A stretch of DNA of 64,000 nt. Origin: Hypanus sabinus (taxonomy: Eukaryota). The translations under genes were made by a program, and so were the position numbers. The number at the start of each line of letters is the position of its first letter. Within the stretch, counting starts at the first letter, position 1. The notes beneath the pieces were generated by a model. It was not told the origin of the DNA, did not search any database, and worked only from the letters and a program-made list of their open reading frames with translations. The stretch is taken from contig NW_026779142.1 of the NCBI RefSeq assembly GCF_030144855.1, forward strand, positions 62,001 to 126,000, written 5' to 3'. Below, in pieces: positions 24,387 to 38,083 of this stretch.

Positions 24387-25557
24387 CGGAATATGCACCC
24401 TTCCCATTAGAGCCATCCGGAATATGCTCTCTTATCATTAGTTAGAACCGCTCAATGCTCCCTTCTCATTATTACAGTCTGGGATATGCTTTCCTCTCAT
24501 TACTACCATCCGGAATATGCTCTCTTATCATTAGTTAGAACCGCTCAATGCTACTTTCCGCTGGGATATGCTTTCCTCTCATTACTACCATCCGGAATAT
24601 GCTCTCTTATCATTAGTTAGAACCGCTCAATGCTCCCTTCTCATTATTACAGTCTGGGATATGCTTTCCTCTCATTACTACCATCCGGAATATGCTCTCT
24701 TATCATCAGTTAGAACCGCTCAATGCTCCCTTCTCATTATTACAGTCTGGGATATGCTTTCCTCTCATTACTACCATCCGGAATATGCTCTCTTATCATT
24801 AGTTAGAACCGCTCAATGCTCCCTTCTCATTATTACAGTCAGGGATATGCTTTCCTCTCATTACTACCATCCGGAATATGCTCTCTTATCATCAGTTAGA
24901 ACCGCTCAATGCTCCCTTCTCATTATTACAGTCTGGGATATGCATTCCTCTCATTACTACCATCCGGAATATGCTCTCTTATCATTACTACCATCCGGGA
25001 TATGCTCCCCTCTCATTGTTACCAACCGGGGCTATGCTCTTGTCTCATTACTACCATCCGGGTTATGTTCTTGTCTCATTACTACCATCCGGGATATGCT
25101 ATTGTCTCATTACTACCATCTAGGATATGCTCTCCTCTCATTACTACCATCCGGGTTATGCTCTTGTCTCATTACTACCATCTAGGATATGCTCTCCTCT
25201 CATTACTACCATCCGGGTTATGCTCTTGTCTCATTACTACCATCTAGGATATGCTCTCCTCTCATTACTACCATCCGGGTTATGCTCTTGTCTCATTACT
25301 ACCATCTAGGATATGCTCTCCTCTCATTACTACCATCCGGGTTATGCTCTTGTCTCATTACTACCATCCGGGATATGCTCTCCTCTCATTACTACCATCC
25401 GGGATATGCTCTCCTCTCATTACTACCATCCGGGATATGCTCTTGTCTCATTACTACCATCCGGGATATGCTCTCCTCTCATTTCTACCATCCTGGATAT
25501 GCTCTTGTCTCATTACTACCATCCGGAATGTGCTCTTGTCTCATTGCTGCTATCTGG
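24387..25557 (+). repeat. 31-bp minisatellite with 93-bp (3x31) and 62-bp (2x31) higher-order units, inside a Rex1/Babar-like LINE fragment (about 24230-25620)
   Basis: Monomer gggatatgctctcctctcattactaccatcc. The 93-bp period runs about 24420-24985 and the 62/31-bp period follows. The monomer encodes HPGYALLSLLPSG and the flank continues SGRSYMTLKT (cf. LINE motif HPGHALFSLLPSGRRYRSL). Confidence 0.93.
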
Positions 25558-26029
25558 AAGAAGTTACATGACTCTGAAGACCCGCGCTCAATGATTTACC
25601 TGCTGACTCTGCAATCAGATTTCTAAACGATCTATTGATCCATGAATTCTACCTCATAATTCCTCTTCTATTTATTTGTTCATTTACTATTTTGTTGTTT
25701 CCTTTATTTATTCGTTCATTCAGTTGTTTACGTATTTAAATAATATGTACATTTTATGCATTTATTATCTATTTATGTTACGCCGCCTGGCGTTTAAGAC
25801 AGCAATGATAGCAATTCTCTGACTTGGTCTCCCCGATGGAGAAGGATTCTCCATTGCTGGAGCGGTCATTGCTGGAGTGGGGAATTGTTAGCGTGGGCCG
25901 CCTTTAGTTAAACAATCTTAGGCATGATCACGCTTGGACAAACGCAGACGCATGTTCGAAATAAGGAATGAAGTTTCTGGTGATTTGATTTCCTTTCAGT
26001 GTTATGACATAGCTATCATGCTGATAATA

Positions 26030-26520
26030 GATGTGGAGTCAGTGTCGTGTTCCTTGTGTGAGATTTAGGGAAATTGAGATACCTCCTCTATCCCGCATAA
26101 ATACATCTGCAGAATGTGCATCGGGTGCAGTTCCTGAGGGAGCATGTTAAGGAACGGGAGCTGCTGTTCGATGAGCTTCGATTCACACAGGACAATGAGG
26201 AGGGGATAGGTAGAAGCTACAGGGAGGTAGACGCCCGAGATGAAGTGGGCAGTTTCTTGGGTGACCGGCAGGAGAGTGGAAGGGAATATGCAGCAAGAGC
26301 AGTGCCCCCTTGTGGCCATGCCCCTCAATAATAAGTATATCGCTTGAGATGGGGTTGGTGGTTTGCCGGGGCTTGGGAATGACCAGGAGGAAGATTCTGC
26401 GATCAACTCTGTGGCCCAGAAGCGAATGGTGAAAGAGGAGTGCTATGGTGATTGGAGAATTCCTCATTTAGAGGATCAGGACGCATACTCTGTGGACATG
26501 GAAGAAATACTCGCTTCCTC
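26030..26520 (+). mobile_element. CR1 ORF1 fragment
   Basis: SCSLC...YICRMC.RVQFLREHVKERELLFDELRF..NEEGIGRSYREV (zinc finger plus zipper), disrupted. Confidence 0.7.
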
Positions 26521-27305
26521 TCGGAGTCACACGTCGGAGCTCCATGATGAGTTTGTCATGAAAGAGGCGACGCTGCTCTGTTGCTATCTGACGCGGGCAA
26601 GCGCTCTGCCTGGTGGACTAGGAGCTCCTTGGGCCGGAACGCGGCATTCAGAGTGTGGGAGGTGAGTCGTCTCGGTGACACAGAGAACCCAAATAGACCC
26701 CATTAAAAGACCGTCAAACACTCAATGTGCAGGAAAAAAAGATCAAACCGTGAAAACAAACGCAAGCAAATAGCATAGATACCAAAATAAGAGACAGGTT
26801 CTACATTCAATAAGCGGTGAAACTCCTGACGTCACTGTATTGCCACCAGTGTCATTTATCGCCGTGTGCAGGTGTGTTTCTTCTTCTGTCATGCCCAGAC
26901 ACTGAAATTCTTGTGTGAAGCTGCTGAATATACCAAGACCCTTCACATATGTAGGAAATTATATTCGGTCTATAAATGAGGGACCCCTCTGAACTACCAC
27001 GCCTTTATATTTGTTCTGCAAACGGGGGGCATGCCTTTCGCTTCTGAGTTGTTGCTTGTTAGTGCCGATCTTCAAGAGGAGATTTTGCAACCACAGCCGC
27101 TGTTCCCACTAACACCTTCAAGACTCCGTTTCAACGCCATGAGCACTCCCGCTGAACTCTTTGCCTTCGTCCGGATACCGATACCCTCTCAGTTAGACCG
27201 ATGCAGAATCTTACATGAATGTCATGAGCAGGTAGCTGATTACATCAAATTATATTCAGTGTTACTGATTATAGAAACAACGCACCATCTCGATTTCTGT
27301 TGAAG

Positions 27306-27562
27306 ATAGGCCAGACAACTTCATGATTCAACTTCAGGGCCCAACTGTGGCAGATACCGTTACAAACCTGAAATAATCTTGTTCTGCCCAGTCAGTACCC
27401 AATGCTGACAATAGATGGCGCAATAGAACAAACTATGCGCAGACAGGCCAGAACAACCCCACTGAGCCGGTGAACAAAGCTGACGGTAGAAATTATACTT
27501 GTCAGATTGAGATCAAAGTAACCATGAAACACAACTGCTTTTCTGTAAAGATCACTTTACCG
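27306..27562 (+). pseudogene. Degenerate CEACAM-like B-type IgC2 exon, opposite strand to the main gene
   Basis: tttctgttgaag|DRPDNFMIQLQGP...LK*SCSAQSVPNADNRW...VNKADGRNYTCQ. TAA at 27374; donor degraded. Confidence 0.75.
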
Positions 27563-28316
27563 GACAAGTGAACGGTTCTGTCGATATTCCACTTCCAACC
27601 ACCGATTCAACTTATAAGCAATTTTATTTTGCAGTTTTCACGCTGTTCTACTCTATCTACTTTAGTCGTCACGGGGGGAAAAAACTTTTTATCAGGAACA
27701 GGGGAAGTGGAGCAGAATAACAGATATACTAGAGGTCCTTCAGGACTTTTAATTATAATTCATTGTCCTGGATTTATTTGTCAAATTTCTGGAGATGAAC
27801 ATTTAAGGCTACAGCGATAATGTCCCAAGCTTGCCAGAGCATTTTAACTCTTCATTTAAAATAAATGAAAACCGTCCTTGTTTATCTGCCTCTGTCACAG
27901 AGAGACTGTCTGTGTCCATGCTTGTAAGCTGGATTTCACATCGCTTCTCTTCACACCGGCAGCTTCATTTGGAATCACCACCAACTGTGCAGTGAAGCTC
28001 CTGAAGTTTTGAGAAGTAGATCTGTATCTCAGAGTACAGACCTCCGAGCAGGGCGAGCGTGATTTCACGATGTTAAGGATTCGATCCGTTTGTGAACGAA
28101 ATTCAGCCGCTGGACATACAGAATTAAACAAATTTAAGTGACATTAAGTTAGGCCAACAGTGAAAAAAGAGGCCTACAAAATAAATCCGTAGAATTATGG
28201 CCGGGAACTCCTTTTCATAAACTGCATTTCGTAACTTTGTTTACAGACTCCCAGCTGATGTGATTGGACTGCAGTAGAAAGGAGTGATTCCACTCCTCTT
28301 TCAGTTCTATTGGCAG

Positions 28317-28715
28317 AGCCCGTGTCTCCTGTCAATGTAAACATCAACTATTACAGTCCTCAGGAAAACATCGATACAGTTGTATTCACCCGTGAAGCTC
28401 AGGGCGCAATTCAAATAAAACATGGTTGCAAGACATCGAACCGAGGCAATATCTCTCTTTTCAGAAAAAAAAGCTAATCCGAACATAATGCGTTTTATCA
28501 GAAATGATCGGAAAATATAGACGTACTGTCACAAGTCTGAAATCAACTTGTTCAGTCCAGTCAGTTCCCAATACTGACTATAGATGGCGCAAGGGAGCAA
28601 ATAATCAGCAGACAGGGCAGGGTACACCATCGAGTCATTTATCAATGTTGATAAATAAGTGGAAATTATACCTGCCAACACAGCAGACTTTCTGTATAGA
28701 TCAGTTTGCCGCCTA
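28317..28715 (+). pseudogene. Degenerate fused A- and B-type IgC2 exons (CEACAM-like)
   Basis: ttctattggcag|EPVSPVNVNINYYSPQENIDTVVFT.EAQG...TW (cf. TPLENLDTIALSCDASG of the intact A exon) is joined by a deletion to TCSVQSVPNTDYRW...GNYTCQ. Frameshifted. Confidence 0.72.
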
Positions 28716-29739
28716 AATAAGAGTTCCTGTTGATATTCCACTTCAATCGAACACTGAAATGTCCAAGTAATTTTATTCTGCAATTATAACGGTATGCACT
28801 TCTGTCGACTGCGGTCACCAGAAGTAAAAAAGAACTGTATGTAGTGAATATGGAGCAGAGTTGCAGATATCATCGACATTCTGGAGTGATTTATTTAGAA
28901 GTCAATATGCCGGAAAATTAATATCTTCATTTAAGTCTATGGCGAAGAGTCTTTCATGTTTCTCAGAGCAGAGAGAACTAAAGAGAGGGCAGAACTATAC
29001 GGTTCAAATTCTGCAGTGCCATGTCGGCTTATCTGCTTCGGTACCCGAGGGACATTCTGTGCCCAGGCCTGCAAGCAGGACCGCTCACAGCCGTTCTTCA
29101 CAGCAGCAGCTTCAGTTGACGTCACGACGTATTATCGAGTGAACCTCCTGACGTTTTTGGAGAAGTTGTTGCGTTTCTCAGAATACAGAACCCCGAGCGC
29201 TGTAAACGTGACTTCACGAAGTAAAGTAACAACCAATCTGAGAATAAAAAACAGCCGCTGGGAGTACTGAACGAGCCAAACTTGGAGCCATTTACCAGGG
29301 GGATAAGTAACATCACGTTAATGGGGCAGAAACATTATCTGCTGGAAACACTCAGCAGGTCGGGCAGCATCTGTGAAAGGAGGAACAGAGGTCGAGGTTA
29401 CAATGCAGGACGAGGAGACGGGTGGGGTGGGGTGGGGGAGGCAATAAAGCGGCACTAAACTGTGAAGTGAACTTCCACCAAAGAGGGAGGGACATGGGGC
29501 CTGAGATTAGCTCAGCCGTTCTGACAGAGGAACTTCGACTTGAAATCGTAAAAGTTCCTCCTCTCCACAGAGGTTGCCTGACTGTCTGAGTGTATTCCTG
29601 ATTTAACTCTATTTTTGATATTTCTATTAATTCCAGCGCGTGCGTTGTCATAAACTTCAGTCACCACCAACATAAATGTGAAGCAAATGAACTCTCTGGT
29701 AACCCGTCCTGTGGACTCGCCACTGGGAGATGCCGCTTT

Positions 29740-31215
29740 CTCAGGCGAACGAAACGACGCTCGGCAGTGCGGTCTCCCACTCCACGCCGGGTCACACCGA
29801 TATATAGGTGACCACACGGGGAGCACCGGGCACAGTATATGACCCCAAATCACTCACAGGTGGGACGTCGCCTCACCTGGAAAGACTGTTTGAGGTCCTG
29901 AATGGTGGTCAGGAAGGAGGTGCGCCGACAGGTCTAGCACTTGTTCCTCTTGCAAGGGTAAGTGTCCGGAGAGAGATCAGTGGGGAGGGAGAGATGGAGA
30001 AGGGCGTCGCCTCACCTGGAAAGACTGTTTGAGGCCCTGAATGGTGGTCAGGAAGGAGGGGCGTGGACAGGTCTAGCACTTGTTCCTCTTGCAAGGGTAA
30101 GTGTCCGGAGAGAGATCAGCGGGGAGGGAGAGATGGAGAAGGGCGTCGTCTCAACTGGAAAGACTGTTTGTTGCCCTGAATGGGGGTCAGGAAGGAGGGG
30201 CGTGGACAGGTCTAGCACTTGTTCCTCTTGCAAGGGTAAGTGTCCGGAGAGAGATCAGTGGGGAGGGAGAGATGGAGAAGGGCGTCGCCTCACCTGGAAA
30301 GACTGTTTGAGGCCCTGAATGGGGGTCAGGAAGGAGGGGCGTGGACAGGTCTAGCACTTGTTCCTCTTGCAAGGGTAAGTGTCCGGAGAGAGATCAGTGG
30401 GGAGGGAGAGATGGAGAAGGGCGTCGCCTCACCTGGTAAGACTGTTTGAGGCCCTGAATGGTGGTCAGGAAGGAGGGGCGTGGACAGGTCTAGCACTTGT
30501 TCCTCTTGCAAGGGTAAGTGTCCGGAGAGAGATCAGCGGGGAGGGAGAGATGGAGAAGGGCGTCGTCTCAACTGGAAAGACTGTTTGTTGCCCTGAATGG
30601 GGGTCAGGAAGGAGGGGCGTGGACAGGTCTAGCACTTGTTCCTCTTTCAAGGGTAAGTGTCCGGAGAGAGATCAGTGGGGAGGGAGAGATGGAGAAGGGC
30701 GTCGCCTCACCTGGAAAGACTGTCTGAGGCCCTGAATGGGGGTCAGGAAGGAGGGGCGTGGACAGGTCTAGCACTTGTTCCTCTTGCAAGGGTAAGTGTC
30801 CGGAGAGAGATCAGTGGGGAGGGAGAGATGGAGAAGGGCGTCGCCTCACCTGGAAAGACTGTTTGAGGCCCTGAATGGGGGTCAGGAAGGAGGGGCGTGG
30901 ACAGGTCTAGCACTTGTTCCTCTTGCAAGGGTAAGTGTCCGGAGAGAGATCAGTGGGGAGGGAGAGATGGAGAAGGGCGTCGCCTCACCTGGGAGGACTG
31001 TTTGAGGCCCTGAATGGTGGTCAGGAAGGAGGGGCGTGGACAGGTCTAGCACTTGTTCCTCTTGCAAGGATAAATGCCCGGAGGGAGATCAGTGAGGAGG
31101 GAGAGATGGAGAAGGGCGACGCGCAGGGGCGATCCATGCGGAAAGCAGAAATCGGGGTGGTGTGGTGGGAAAGATGTACGTGGTGGGAGGATCTCACCGG
31201 AAGTTGCTTAGGCTC
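29740..31215 (-). mobile_element. Penelope-like element fragment (Cys-rich linker and GIY-YIG endonuclease start)
   Basis: Minus strand gives SAFRMDR..., TYPCKRNKC.TCP..QGLKQSFQVRR and GVIYCARCSPCGHLYIGVTRR (GIY-YIG type VIY...YIG). Confidence 0.8.
29863..31114. repeat. 139-bp tandem repeat x9 inside the Penelope fragment
   Basis: Units start near 29863, 30002, 30141, 30280, 30419, 30558, 30697, 30836 and 30975. Confidence 0.96.
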
Positions 31216-32259
31216 CGGAAAATCCTGTGCTGGAAACGGAGGCTGGGCTCTCTGCTTTGCCATTTGCCGCTTCAGTTCCACACACAACTTTCAAACATCA
31301 GGTTCAAATTTCCCAAACAGTCAATGTCTGCCCAGACGGAACTGTATTTCACCACTGTAATCGTTGAATATATTCATGTCAGTCACCATGGAAATGAAAC
31401 AAGTGGAGAACGTTTAAAAATGAGGAAACAGATCAAAATGATGGATACTCCCTGCTCTGTGCTTTGCCAATTTCCGCTGCTGACGCTACATCTCTATCTG
31501 TCTGGAAATCCGTCAAGATCCTACACCCCTCTATCCGAAACTCCCCTCCCCTTTATCATTCACGGTTTCTGAAGCACCCGGCAGGCATTACACATCTCTC
31601 CATTTCTGCCCCCTACAACCACCCTGTCTCTGTATGCACCTCCATTGCTGCTCCCATCAGAGTCACCGTAAACCTCTCCGGACACTAAAAACCTTCCCCA
31701 TCTCTGTAACTGCGTACACTGTTAATGATTCCCCGGGAGATGTGCACATTGTGCTGTGAAGATGTAATTTTTTACTATTTGTGGATGGGACAGAATTGCA
31801 AGTTTGAATCCGGTGTGTTTGGCAAATCCTGTTCAGACGTTAGGAATCATCTACCCAGGATGGAAATTGAGGGCCGACCACTGGGGGGGGGGGGTGATAA
31901 TTAAAGAGGAGACGAATACTGCCCGCAGTGTCGTGGTGGTGAGTTGGCGCGGTATCGGAGGTGATGGGGAACGGGGATAGGAGTGTCCGGGGTAGATCCT
32001 TGTGAATGTTTATGGAGGTGAGAGGAGTCGAGTGGTTCCATTATTGTTGTCTCCATGTGCGCATCCGACATCAGATGTTCTGGGCACTGTAGGTACAAAA
32101 CAAGTCTCTGATCTGACAAAACAGGATTAAGCACGTCAAAGTTTGACATTTTCCAGATGCTTTTCCATTGTTTTCCAGATAATTAAGGGCTGGGTGAATT
32201 GAGCTCGGGAAGTGTTCGTTACACTATACCAGTTTGTTCAGAACCGAATTTATTGGGAT

Positions 32260-35200
32260 TTTCCACTTCGCAGCATATGGAGTAGGCCGCATTTTTAGCG
32301 GCTCTTTCTCTTTTAATATATTTTATATTGCACGAACTGGTCCCTTTTAGTTGTGATGACTTACTACTTCTACTGCAGGATTTATTATTTCTGCTGAAGG
32401 ATTTCACGACTTAATTACAATGGCCGGAAAAAGTCGTTCTGGTTTTGAATTGAGAAGCGACAAGACTTTCCATGAAATAGAACAAACTGAACAAACCAAG
32501 ATAACGGAGGAATCTGTTACACTAGCGAGAATATTTTCTTCAATACAAGATACGAAGTCGGAATTCGGATCGCTTAATAGTAAAATTGATAAGCTGACCG
32601 GTTCAAACGGGAAGCTCGAAAAAGCTATTTCTACGATTCAAGACTCGCTGAGAAACTTGGACTCTCAACTTCAAACACTTCACCAGACTACAACCCGAAT
32701 CGAGAGTGAGCATGATTTATTCAAGCAGATAAATTCCTTGATTTATCAAGGAATGGAGATATCTTCAATTGAAAAGAAAATCAATGAAATTAACATGGAA
32801 CTATCCAAAACGAAGAAAAGAATGGTTGATTTAGACAGAAGAGGGCATCAGTGGAATCTGCGTATTCTGGGACTGCCAGAAAATACTGAAACTGGCGATC
32901 TGTTAAAATTCTTGTCAGATATGTTGTATTCACTTTTCAATGGGACACTCGAAACTAGCCCCTTAATCGACAGAGCCCACAGAATTCCATTCTCTCGGCG
33001 TTCTGCCGAATTCCGTCCTCGAGCATTTCAACACGACTAAAGAAGCTATTCTTCCAGAAGCCAGAAAGAAACGGAAATTACTCTTTAATTCAACACAGAT
33101 TCGTGTAGTTTAAGACTATCCTCCCGAAATCTTTGCCGAAAGAAAGAAATATCGAGAAGTTATGAGTGAAATGTATAAATTAGATTTAAATCCCTCCCTT
33201 CGCTTTCCAGCAAAGCTGAAAATTTTTCCTGAAAAATCTCAACCATTGAGAATTTTCTCTACTCAGGAGGGATGGGAGTATATTAAAAACCTGAAAGTTA
33301 AGCCTACTGAGTAAAATATTAAAGTTGCTCCGATTACTCAATAGGCAATTTTGAAGTATCTGCTGTATGAGTTGTTTATTGAGCTTTTGAGTTAAGTACA
33401 TGCTGAACCTTTTCATTCTCTGATATGGGACGTGTTCGATTTAATTTTTTTACCTTATTAATAATTAGTATATCTATAACAGTTTTGTAGGGAACCTTTA
33501 TAGTATTGTACTTCAGTGGTCCGTGTCGGACCTGTTTTGTATTAATCTTTTTATTTCTTTTATTTGTTTCAATACTTATAGCTGTAGGTCTCTTATATAC
33601 ATATGCTCATTTGCATTTCTTTTTGAGAGAAATAATATTGCTTGTAACATTATTTGCTCGGATTTATTCCTTCTTCTGAATATGTGTTTAAGCTACTTCA
33701 GGTGATTCTAAAATGGCCGTTGTTGATTATGTCTTTATTAATGTTAGACACTACATTATAGTTGTTGAATTCTGTTTGTGCCTTTTATTATGGCTATCTT
33801 CCATGGAAATTTTGCTTATATATATATATATATATATGGAGCTGCAAGATGGAGAACAGGGTTAAGGTGATTAGTTAGCATGGGACCAGCCTATTGGGTC
33901 CTTCATTTCTATCTATTGGGCGGCGGGAGCGGGGAGGGGTCTATCAGAGTAGATTTTATTTCTTGTTTGGGCAGTTCTTTTGATGGATTTCTCGTACATG
34001 CATCACTCCTTCTGGTCGTACCGGCACCTTTTGGCTTAATCTGTACTTGCGTAACATTTCTTTCATATAATATTGAATTCAATTTTAAACATGGGTGTTA
34101 ATAAAATTAATATAATATCTTGGAATTGGAACGGTGTCAATCATCCCATTAAGCGTAAAACGATTTTTAAGAAATTAAAGACACTTAACGCTGATATTAT
34201 CTTTGCGCGAGAAAATCATATACAAAAACAGGATGAGGACAGATTGTTCCGGTTCTGGAAAGGGCCTTTGTCGGATAGTAAACAAAAGGCGTTTCTATAT
34301 TTCTCGGTCCCAGAATCCCTTTTGTGCACCTTAATACTACCACTGATTCGATTGGAAGATATTTAATTGTTACTGGTTTATTCTGCCAGCAAAAGGTAGC
34401 TCCGGTCTGTGTATACGCGCCTCATGTAGATAATTCTGATTTTTTTAAGAAACTTTTTTTTCTGTGTTACCGAATCTCAATGAATATAAGCTGATCATGG
34501 GTGGTGACTTCAATTGTTGTTTAAATCCGGCGATTGACGGCTCATCGACCAATCCGTCTCTTCCTAATAAAGCGTGAGCTTGTATTAACTCTTTTTTATT
34601 AGAATATGGCCTTGTCGATATTTGGAGATATAAACACCCCAATGATAAAGATTTCTCTTTTTTCTCACACGCCCATATCAAATATTCTCGAATTGATTAC
34701 TTTTTTTTAGATTCACGTCTGTTAAACTCCGTTGTTGAATGTGCGTGTGACATCCTTGCGCTTTCTGATCACACGCCTTTAAAGTTAACCCTTAAGCTCC
34801 CGGATAGAATTTTTGAAAATTTCACAGTGGAGATTGAACCCTGTTTTGTTACAGGATCCAGCTTTTGTTAATTTTATTAAGGGGCAAATTTCTATATTTT
34901 TTGAATTTAATACAACTGAAGGAATGTCAAATCTGGTTATATGGGACACCTTGAAATCATTTCTTAGGGGACAGATAATCTCATATTCAGCAGCCTTGAG
35001 AAAGAAAAATGAAGCGGAATTGTCAGTGCTTATTAATAAAATTAAACAGATAGATAAAACGTATTCAGTTAAACCTACTGAAGACCTATATAAAGTAATG
35101 GTCGAACTTCAATCACAGTATGATTTGCTTCTGACCTTTCCCATTGAACAGCAAAGTTTTAAATCTAAAAGTTTATTTTATATACATGGGGAAAAATCTG

Positions 35201-37140
35201 CCAAACTTTTAGCGGGTCAGTTAAAGGCTGGGATGCTCAGAAGACAGATTTTAAAAATTCGGCGACCAGATAGAACAGAAACTTCAGATCCTTATGAAAT
35301 TAATGATATTTATGGACTTTTATTCTAATCTTTATAAATCGGAATTATCTGATAGTAATATTACTATGAATATATTTTTGCAAAGGTTAAACACACCTCA
35401 AATTTCTTTCAAGATGCTGATTTGTTAGATGCACCTATTAAACAGGAGGAGATGGCGGTAGAACTTTATGCGGTGGAATTTTACAAGACCTGTCATGAAA
35501 TGCTTATACCACATCTTCAGCAAACGTTTATCGACTCTACATCCTCTGGGAACCTTCCTAAAACTTCTTATGAAGCACTAAATTAATTGATTCCAAAAAA
35601 AGGGAAAGCCCCACTGGAATGATTATCCTATAGACCTATTTCTTTAGGGAATGTAGATTTTTAAATCCTCTCTAAGATTCTAGCAAATAGGCTTGAGAGT
35701 ATCTTGCCTAATGTTATCTCAAATGATCACACAGGATTTATTAAAAATAGATACCCACATTTTAATATTCGAAGATTATTAAATATCATTTATTTCCCTT
35801 CAGCCAAAGAATCTGAATGTATTGTATCTTTGGATGCAGAGAAAGCCTTTGATAGGGTGAAGTGACCTTATCTATTTCAGGATTTGAAGAGGTTCAATTT
35901 TGGTCCAGGATTTATTTCCTGGATCAAATTGATTTATCATGCCCCGGTAGCTGCGGTTCTAACTAATAATCAAAAGACTCCTTACTTTAGATTATATAGA
36001 GGTACTCGTCAGGGCTGTCCCCTTAGCCCTTTGTTATTTAATTTGGCTTTAGAACCACCTGCTATTGCTCTTTGGGATTCCAATTCTGTGCAGGGTATTA
36101 GGAGAGGGGATAAATTACATAAAGTTTCGTTATACGTTGATGATTCATTATTTTACATTTCAACTCCTAAGAAATCTAGTCCTTCTATATTATCCATATT
36201 TATGGAATTTGGTACTTCTTCTGAATATAAACTTAATCTACATAAATGTGAGTTATTTTCTATTAATAATTATTCTGATTATTATGATCAAATACCTTTT
36301 AATTTTGCCAAAAACCATTTTACTTAACGGTATCAAAATTACAAAAAAATTAAAGACCTATGTAGGTATAGGTCGATGTCATTGATAGGTCGAATAAATG
36401 CTATACCATTGGTTATTCTACCGAAATGTTTATATATATTTCACGCAGTTACCTCTTTTGTTCCAAAAACATTTTTTGATAAAATAGACTCTCTGATTTT
36501 GTCTTATGTTTGGAATAATAAAAGCTCTAGAGTGAATAAAGTTTTATTGCAAAAATCAAAAAAAAAATGATGGAGGATTGGCTTTACCAAACTTTAGATT
36601 TTAATATCGGGCAAATAATATTCGCTATATTACTTTCTGGATTTAGGATATAGACGACCAAGATCGCGCTTCATGGTTACAGCTGGCGGAAAATTCAGTA
36701 GCGGGATTTTCGTTAGCTTCTTTATAAGGAGCTCCTCTACCCTTTTCGCTCTCCAGAATAGGTAGACAAGTTCTTAACCCTATTGTTAAACATACTTTAA
36801 AAAATTGCTTTCAATTTCGTAGATTCTTTGAATAAAATGATTTTTTTACTTTAGTAATATTTATTCTAATTTCTTTTTTGAACCATCAACTTTGGATAAG
36901 GCTTTTCAAACATGAAACATTAAGGGAATCTTTTTTTACGATTGCGATGAGGAGTTGTAACTTCTCTCTGACCATTTTATATATAACAGCATAATATATT
37001 ACTTATCTGATTTTGATATTATATACTTCCAGTTTTTAATATTGCTGTTTATATGTCTTTTATATGATTTATTTGTTAAACTCCTCTTTCGATTTGTATA
37101 TTCTTTATTTGAAAATCAATAAAAAGATTGAAAAATGAAA
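32260..37140 (+). mobile_element. L1-clade LINE, near full length but disrupted (ORF1 about 32420-33310; ORF2 about 34091-36930)
   Basis: ORF1 has a coiled coil, WNLRILGLPE and LIDRAHRI. ORF2 has IISWN.NG.NHPIKR, GGDFN, YSRIDY and SDH (APE), then LDAEKAFDRV, RGTRQGCPLSPLLF and SLYVDD (RT). AATAAA and an A-rich tail lie near 37118-37140. Many stops and frameshifts. Confidence 0.92.
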
Positions 37141-38083
37141 CGAAATTTATTTCCAACAAAGGATGGAGCCGACTGCAGCTGCGAACTCAGATCCATAGCA
37201 AAATAATTAACCCTTTATTAGCGTCCAGTGGGAGGGAGAGAGGACGGAGAGAGAAAGAGAGATTGAGCACGGGACTCTGTAGCTGCGCCACAGCAGAACA
37301 CTTTGGTCTCTGATCTCCTGTCAGTGATTTCTTTCCGACTGTCAGTTCTTCCTCGAATAGGCACAAATTACTGTAAGGACACCCAGGTTCAGGCAACAGC
37401 TGTGGAGAGAGACGCAGTCTGCGTTTCGGGTCCGAGATCCCGAATGAAGGTCCCAGGACCCAAACCATCAGCTGGTTCTCCCACCCAGACGGTAGGCAGT
37501 GTTCCACGTGTACTTTAACACACCCAAACTGGACATTTCCTTTCCCCAGACGCTTTCCGGAACATCTGCAATGTCTCTGATGCTCCTCTGGCTGCTGGGG
37601 CCAGTATTGGGACCCTGTTGATCTGCGGAGTAGAAACTAGATTTGTAAACTGCCCGTCAGCTGGATTTGAACAAGAGTCTAGTTACTGCTGAAGACGCGA
37701 TCACTGGTGTTTCAGTTTGACCCGCTTTCCCTCCCCAACATTCCTGTGCTGGTTTCTTGTCATTTCTTGTCTAGTCTTGGTGAAGGGCTTTGGACTGCAA
37801 CACTGTCCTTCCATGTATTCTGCAAGACTTGTTGAGTCCCTCAAGCTCTGTGTGTGTGTAACTGCTGGGCGTGTGAAAACAACTCTCAGATTATTTTCAG
37901 AAATGTGCTCGATGATTTACAACGATAGCGGAGGAGTTTGAACCCGCATCACCCAATTGTTGCAACCTACCCGGGTCCCCGACCGTATTCAATCCTTCAG
38001 AAGCGACGACATGTTGGAGTTTGTCGCTTCTGCAACGTCGGTCACAGTGCACCCATGGGTGGGGCCGATGCCGGTCAGCTCCC

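Noticed and set aside
24568-25626. Long His/Tyr/Pro-rich ORFs (HYYHPGY repeats), superficially like amelogenin or other structural proteins
   Set aside because: They are translations of a 31-bp LINE-derived minisatellite; the same peptide cycles through all three frames and there is no gene structure.
29863-31114. Regular array resembling CRISPR, or a repeated 61-69-aa gene
   Set aside because: No unique spacers and no cas genes in a eukaryotic context; the unit is a Penelope fragment.
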